Source of the DNA: Tricharina praecox
Lineage: Eukaryota
NCBI RefSeq assembly: GCF_024521635.1
Contig: NW_026250428.1
Coordinates: 310,001 to 374,000, forward strand
DNA length: 64,000 nt
Direction of reading: 5' to 3'
Part shown: piece after piece, positions 57,416 through 64,000 of the stretch
Layout: each line of letters begins with the position of its first letter
Numbering within the stretch: position 1 is the first letter of the stretch
The notes under the pieces: generated by a model
Told to the model about the DNA's origin: nothing
The model's input: only the letters and a program-made list of their open reading frames with translations
Databases searched by the model: none
Made by a program: the position numbers and the translations under genes

Positions 57416-60400
57416 GTCCGACTACTTGTTGGTAACTAAGGCTAGGCTTGGTATGTGTGTGTATTTCGAAGGGGGTTGTCGATTCGTCAGGCTATGACGA
57501 CGCGGAGGAGTGGGAGGAGTGCGGAAGTGGAGATGTTGCAGTATGCAGGTCAAGTTCTGGTGGTATGCGAGAGCGCCCGGGAGATTTTGATTCGACGGGA
57601 GATGGGGGGGGGGATGGGAATTAGAGTGAGAACAGGGGGCTGTAGCGGTGATGGTGTTTGACGGGCGCACAGCAGTTGCAGTTATAGACGGGCGCAGGCG
57701 CGGGATTAGTAGAAGGCAGAACGGCTGGCGATGGAGATGATGGCAGAGGATGGTCAGGACGATGGCATTTCCGACTCGAGAGCAGATTAGAAGAAGGCGG
57801 TGGCATTCAAGAGATTCGATTCCGGTGGGAGGTGAGTGTTTCCGAACGGTAGAGCGAGCGCGTGCGTGCGGTTTAGGTGTGACGTTCCAAAGGAGAGGCG
57901 GGCGGGCGAGGAGAACGGACGGAACGGTGCGCACAGCGCAGACGGTTTGTTTTGGGTTATTCAGGAGAGAGGGAGCGAGGGAGTTTGAAGAGGTATTATT
58001 AGAAGCGACGCTATGGGCCACCGACACAATTAGAGGCCGCCCGTAGAGGCTAGCACAGTCATGAAGGATGAAGAAGCCGCGAGTTGAAGACGGACTGGAT
58101 AGGTGGATATCGCGATCGAGTCGTCAGAGGGCGAGGGCAACATGACTGGGCATCCAACGGGAGAGAGGCGCAGAGAGACCCGCATGGTGTCGTCTCCGGT
58201 CTTCTTCTCGTACGCTACTACCGTATGTACTCACCAACGTCCCGGCGTTGCACACGAGCGTCCGCAGTGATTCCGAACTCAAACCCAGCGAGTCCGCGTC
58301 CACGGCGCACATCCGTTTCTTTTTCTGGCGAACCGGCAGATCTCACGCGAGCACGGGCCAGTCAGACAGACATTGTCTTCGCACAATAACCGTTGTCGCC
58401 GCCGGATGGGATGGCGAATAGAGTACAGAGACCAGCCCGGATACCGGTTTGGGCGCCGACGGGTGCACCGAACCTTCACGGCTGCGTGTAGCTCAAGGGG
58501 TTTTCGCCAGCAAACTCACTCGCGTGGCTGCCCCGTTCTCGGCCAGATTCTGCCAGATTCTGCTACCGCGAGCCTATTTCCCCCCGACGTTCTGTGGCAG
58601 CCGTTCCCGGCCGGTCCAGCGCGAACAGTCCATTTCCGGTGGTTGTGGAGGAGGAGGAGAAGATGAAGCGGTTTGCGTTTCCTATGTACATACCGCACAT
58701 CTCACCCGGTCCGTTTGCAGACGCACTGCACTCGTAGAGTATTCGACCAAGGACGGACGCCTTCGCTCGCATAAAGTCACCACGGCCATAACCATATGTA
58801 TGTAGAGTATGCATACTCGCCGAACCGTAACTTCGTTGTCTCTCGAAGGTTACCCCCTAGTTTCACAATGATATAAGCTCACCATGGGTTCCCGGTGGTG
58901 AGTTATCAATACAATCAATACACATAATGCGATCACCGAAACAGAAAATAAAGATCAATTGAACCCCTAAGATCCCCAGTCGCACACCCAACGAACCCTA
59001 CGGATCTTCTCGGCGTGCGGGAACTGCTCTGCTCCCGGTATATAGTCGGCGCAGCTTCGGCTCCTCTCCGACAGTATGGACGACCCCCAACAACCGATCC
59101 AAGACGCCTTCCCCGTTCCTTCTCTTCTCTTCTGGGCGTCGCAAATCACAAAGGCAAGACAAGAACCGACCGTGCAAGCGATACTTCCGCGGACCGGAAT
59201 TCCATGTTGACTGCGTATCTTCGGCCCCCGTGGAGCATGGTCCCTCCTGCCACGCCCTTGAGCGCCATCTCCTCCACCCTTGCGAAACAAACTTCCCGGA
59301 ACCAGTAGTGCATGTTGTATGCATATAGGTAGGCGAGCATTATTCGGCCGAAGCTTGGCGTATGTATTGTACATAACTGCTCCCCTCCAGGACCCGCAAG
59401 TAGTCGGCGCAGGTCTATGTACATACCGGTATCCCCCGGCGAACGTGTGAACCTGCGCCGTGTCTTGTGGCCACATCCAGCGTGCGTGTAAGGAATACTC
59501 TAGCTCGTGCCTGTTGGAGCCGGGGCTGCTCTCGCAAATCGAACAGCGAATGCATTATGCATCGACGTCGCCGCGAGTCCAACGATGCGTTCCTCGTGGG
59601 AGTGTGGATGTGAAACAGTCGTCTTCGGCAGCTGGGATCGACGCCGAGGCGAGGCGACCGGCCGGTCGTGCACATGTCTCAGGCTCCTCGAATGCCGCGG
59701 GTGTGATGCCGATTCGTGCACGGAAAATGTACTACAGCGGTATCGTGACTTGCAATTGAGCGTCAGAACAGCCAAAACTATGTAAGATGGTGAGATGGAA
59801 TACTGATACCAGTTTCTGCGCTGGACTGTTGAGTTCATCCAGCCGGTGCTGGTGCCGTAGTCGTTCTGATCGTTAAGAACTTGCCCCGGCGGTCTTCAAG
59901 AGTCCACTAACTGCCATTGATCTCACGGCTCCGCACGGGGATGAACGGAAGCTGACGGACGGTCTTGAGTTCCTGCCTCTGTAGCTGCATTGCCTGCAGT
60001 ACGTCGTGTTTGATAACGGCCGGGGTCTTCGTGCGACTTTCGTGAACATCTGCAGAGCGTATAATAGCTTCATAGTGTCGGAAGCTCCAGATTCTGACGA
60101 GCGTCGGCCTAATCCTCAGGGGAAAGAACAGCAGTGGATCTCATCGCAGCGTGTTGATACGACGGTGGATACGGACGGGAAGATTGTAGCGAATGCACGG
60201 GTAGTTCGTGAACGGTGAGGTTGGACTCGACTATCTTCTTGGGTGGTCCGATACGTAGAAGAGATCAACAGCTCCAACAATCCAATCCGTCTCTCGACCA
60301 CATCCTTGGTGGCAGGACAGCCCGACACAACGGTCAGCCAGACGGGTGCGGGGCAGGTCCACAGGCGGGTAAGCAACCACTTTCCCTCACGGGCATCGCG

Positions 60401-60762
60401 CCATCTAACTCTGTAACGCAACGGCAGTGCAAGGACACCCCTAGACACCTGTGTCCCCCGAGCGCCGGGGGGTTGCTCATCATGGATGCATCATGAGTCG
60501 CGCGCTGGTTGGGGCCATAACTAGAGAAAACCCATCCCCGCAATCGAAAGAATCACCAATTCAATTCACTTATCTAACTTGTTCTTCGCTTTCCCCTCAC
60601 CAGTGTTTCAACACCACCACAACCGCGCAAACCAACAGGACACTCTCCACAGTCTGAATTGTATCGAACGCTCTTTCACTCACTCACACACTGTATCACT
60701 TGCACCCGCCGTTGCATAACCTATAGCCCCGAGTCGATTGCCGTATCAGAAGCACGTCCGAT

Positions 60763-63700
60763 ATGCCGCCCATCACCCCGGCCCAGGTTGTGGCCCTGCA
60801 GAAGAACAGCGCAAACATCCGAAACGTGAGTCGGAATGCTTCTAGCCAGCAGCTCTACCATAGCGATCCAAGTCTTCTGGCTGCCATGTCACACTACTAT
60901 GCTTCTTCCGCACTCGTACGAATCCACCGATAGATAGATACTGACTTGCCCGGCCGTGCCTGCAGATTTGTATTTTGGCACACGTTGTACGCTACCTCTC
61001 CTCCTCCTCCTCCTTTCGGGATAGACCACGATCTTAACCCTCCCTCGTGCCGTCCAGGACCACGGAAAAACATCACTGAGCGACTGCCTCCTCTCGACGA
61101 ATGGCATCGTGTCCGCGAAGCTCGCGGGGCGAGTGCGGTACCTAGACTCACGGCCGGACGAGCAGCTGCGGGGAATCACGATGGAGTCGTCCGCGATCTC
61201 GCTGTACTTCCGGATGCTGCGGCGCCTGCCGCCGGCAGACGGCGCAGAAGTCGAGCCGCAGGCGGAGGAGTATCTGGTGAACCTGATCGATTCGCCGGGA
61301 CACATCGACTTCTCGTCGGAGGTGTCGACTGCATCACGACTGTGCGATGGTGCGGTCGTGCTGGTGGATGCGGTCGAGGGCGTGTGCTCGCAAACGGTCA
61401 CCGTGCTGCGACAGGCTTGGATCGAACATATCAAGCCCATCTTGGTCATCAACAAGATTGATCGCCTGATCACGGAGCTCCAGCTCAGCCCCGAGGAGGC
61501 GTTCGATCGCATGTCGAAGACGGTGGAACAGGTCAATGCGGTCATGGGCAGCTTCTTTGCTGGCGAGCGCATGGAGGAGGACCTTAGGTGGCGCGAGGTG
61601 CTGGAAGCAAGGCTGGCCGCCGCAAAGGAACAGTCGGATAAGGGACTCCCGGAGAATCCTGAGACCTCCGATGATAACACGCCAGCTGAGTTCGAGGAGA
61701 AGGACGACGAGGAAATCTACTTTGCGCCGGAAAAGCACAACGTCATCTTTGCCAGCGCCATCGATGGATGGGCCTTCACGATCCGTCAGTTCGCTAACAT
61801 TTACGAAAAGAAGCTGGGCATCAAGAAGTCGGTGCTGGAGAAGGTCCTGTGGGGCAAATATTACCTGGATCCCAAGACGAAGCGTGTTCTCCAGGAGAAG
61901 CATCTGAAGGGGCGGAAATTGAAGCCCATGTTTGTCTCGTTAGTGCTGGAAACCATCTGGGCTGTCTATCAGTCCGCCGGAACCGTGCCGCAGCAGTACG
62001 TGGCACATCCTTCTCCGTGTTGCTTTTTCTGTTTTCTGTTTTCTGCGTTGTTTAGCTTGTTCTGCCAAATACATTCCATTCGAACTGAGGCTCATGAAAA
62101 CTCGTGTCCCGTAGAGGCGGCCAGGACCTACAAAAGGTGGAGAAGATCATCAAATCCCTGAACCTCCGGGTGCTTCCCCGTGAGATGCGGACCAAGGACG
62201 AGCGGCAACTGCTGCAGACGGTCATGATGCAGTGGCTGCCACTATCCACCGCGCTGCTGGTGTCCGTGGTCGAGCAGATTCCGGCGCCCCCACAAGCCCA
62301 GAAGGAGAGGATGCCGCACGTCCTTGCGTCCGCGCCCGGAAGCGAGGCCGTGTCCGAGGAGGTCAAGAACGCAATCTTCAACTTCGATGTGAGTCCGGAC
62401 GCTCCGGTCGTTGCCTATGTCAGCAAAATGGTGTCGGTTCCTGCGAACGAACTGAAGAAGATCCGGCGCGTGACGCTCTCGGCGGCGGAGATGAGGGAAC
62501 TCGGTCGTAGGAAAACTATTGAGCTGGCGAGGCAACTTGCTGCCCAGGGGAGGGCTAGTGATGCTGCTGCTGCTGCGGCTGCGGCTGCTGATGCAGTGCG
62601 GGAAGAGTATGGGAGCGACGTTGTGGACGTTGTTGAGGACGTTGTTGAGGATGATGGAGGACCGGCAGAAAAGGAGAAGCCGCAAGAGGAGGAAGACGAG
62701 CGGGAGCAGCTGATCGGATTCGCCCGTGTCTACTCCGGAACCGTCAAGATCGGACAGGAACTCTATGTCCTCGGACCGAAGTACAATCCCATGTTCCCCA
62801 ACCAGCACATTCAGAAGGTCAAGGTTGCGGATTTGTACTACATGATGGGCAAGGATTTGGAAGCCCTCGACGAAGTGCCCGCCGGAAACGTGTTTGGTAT
62901 CGCGGGACTGGAGGGCAAGATCCTCAAGAGTGGAACTCTGATCAGCGTTGAGAACGGCGGTCTCAATCTTGCGGGTGTCAACCTCGGTGCTGCACCCATC
63001 GTCAGAGTTGCTCTTGAGCCCAGGAATCCCAGTGAGATGGGCAAGTTGATTGAGGGCTTGAAGTTGCTGGAGCAGGCAGATCCTTGTGCCGAGTACATGG
63101 TGCAGGACAACGGAGAGCATGTCATCTTGACAGCCGGCGAGCTGCACCTGGAGGTACCGTATCCTACTACCCTCGCGAGTCATGTTGCATCATCATCACT
63201 GACGGCTCCTGTATCTAGCGATGCTTAAAAGATCTCAAGGAACGGTTCGCAAAGATCGATATCCAGTCCTCGTCTCCTATCGTACCTTTCCGTGAGACTA
63301 TCGTGGTCGCTTCCGAGATGGCTCCTCCGAAAGACCCGAACCTTCCCCGCGGCACCGTCAATGCCGTCACTCCATCAAAGCAGATCACGGTCCGCGTGCG
63401 GACGAGACCCCTACCCCCCGCCGTAACGAAGTTTCTGCTCGACAACAACGCATCCATCACACTGCTGTACGCGGTGAAACGGGGAAAGGAAGAGCGGGCG
63501 GGCGAAGAGGACGAGGCGGCTGCCGGGCAATCGAAGGAGGGTGAAAACAGCGCACAGGCGAAGCTGAAGCTGTTGGGCGTCGAGGAGATCAGACAGGGCT
63601 TGCAGAAGGCGTTTGATAGTGCGCCGTCGAAGGAGAGGGACACTTGGGCCGGCGTCTTGGATAGAATTATCGCGTTCGGGCCGCGGAGGATCGGTCCGAA

Positions 63701-64000
63701 TGTTCTGATCGATGCAACGCTGGAGCGTGGGTTCCGTAAACTGTGAGTTGGTTCCGTGCCGAGGATACGGACGTCATGTTAACGGGAGCTCAAAAGGCTG
63801 TCGGACAATCCGGTTGTGGATAACGAACGCTCGGAGGCGCTTTCCGCGCGGGATTTCGAAGACAAGATCTCGCATGCCTTCCAGCTCGCAACCTACCAGG
63901 GACCGCTCTGCAACGAGCAAGTCCAGGGTATCGCCGTCTTTGTCGAGGAAACCGTTATCGTTGCCTCGAAGGAGGAGGATCTGCAGGTTGCGAGAACCGA
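60763..64000 (+). CDS. RIA1: Elongation factor-like GTPase 1 (EF-2 paralog for 60S maturation), 3' end beyond the window
   Basis: NIRN|ICILAHV|DHGKTSLSD (introns 60826-60965 and 60987-61057), RYLDSRPDEQLRGITMESSAISL, NLIDSPGHIDFSSEVSTASRLCDGA, INKIDRL, VRVALEP and GEHVILTAGELHLE are EFL1/Ria1-type wording. Confidence 0.95.

Noticed and set aside
29502..64000. Functional clustering of UFL1-like with EFL1 (both 60S-related), or of MED12 with the Med2 candidate
   Set aside because: The pairs are 17-30 kb apart with unrelated housekeeping genes between them. Nothing suggests more than chance linkage, and no other UFMylation gene was recognised in the window.
1..64000. tRNA, rRNA, or intact transposase/reverse-transcriptase genes
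   Set aside because: No cloverleaf, rRNA-like or DDE/RT/integrase motifs were recognised by eye. tRNAscan-SE, Infernal and a repeat-library search would be needed to exclude them fully.

Overview
This is eukaryotic DNA from a filamentous ascomycete (Pezizomycotina; Pezizomycetes is only a guess). It is GC-rich, and its genes carry short GT-AG introns with CTRAC branch points. I hand-spliced 13 protein-coding genes: a giant FYV8-like protein running off the left edge, APC5, a double-Myb telomere-repeat-binding factor (Teb1/Tay1-like), MED12/SRB8, a UFL1-like protein, MET16, an Arb2/FAM172A-like protein, an AlcS-type GPR1/FUN34/YaaH transporter, a candidate Mediator Med2/Med29, a Mug135-like protein, NDUFAF6, a tandem-PH Opy1-like protein, and EFL1/RIA1 running off the right edge. 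Several pseudogene relics are present, including a triply frameshifted ESA1 fragment, along with several tandem repeats. The most striking feature is an intact six-exon gene at 29502-31660. Its 610-aa product aligns by eye along its whole length with the UFM1 E3 ligase UFL1, although UFMylation is generally regarded as lost from ascomycetes. It appears to lack the N-terminal E2-binding helix and the long basic loop, which suggests a UFM1-independent, repurposed scaffold. All homology calls come from remembered motifs, not database searches. I found no tRNA, rRNA, CRISPR-Cas or intact transposon.
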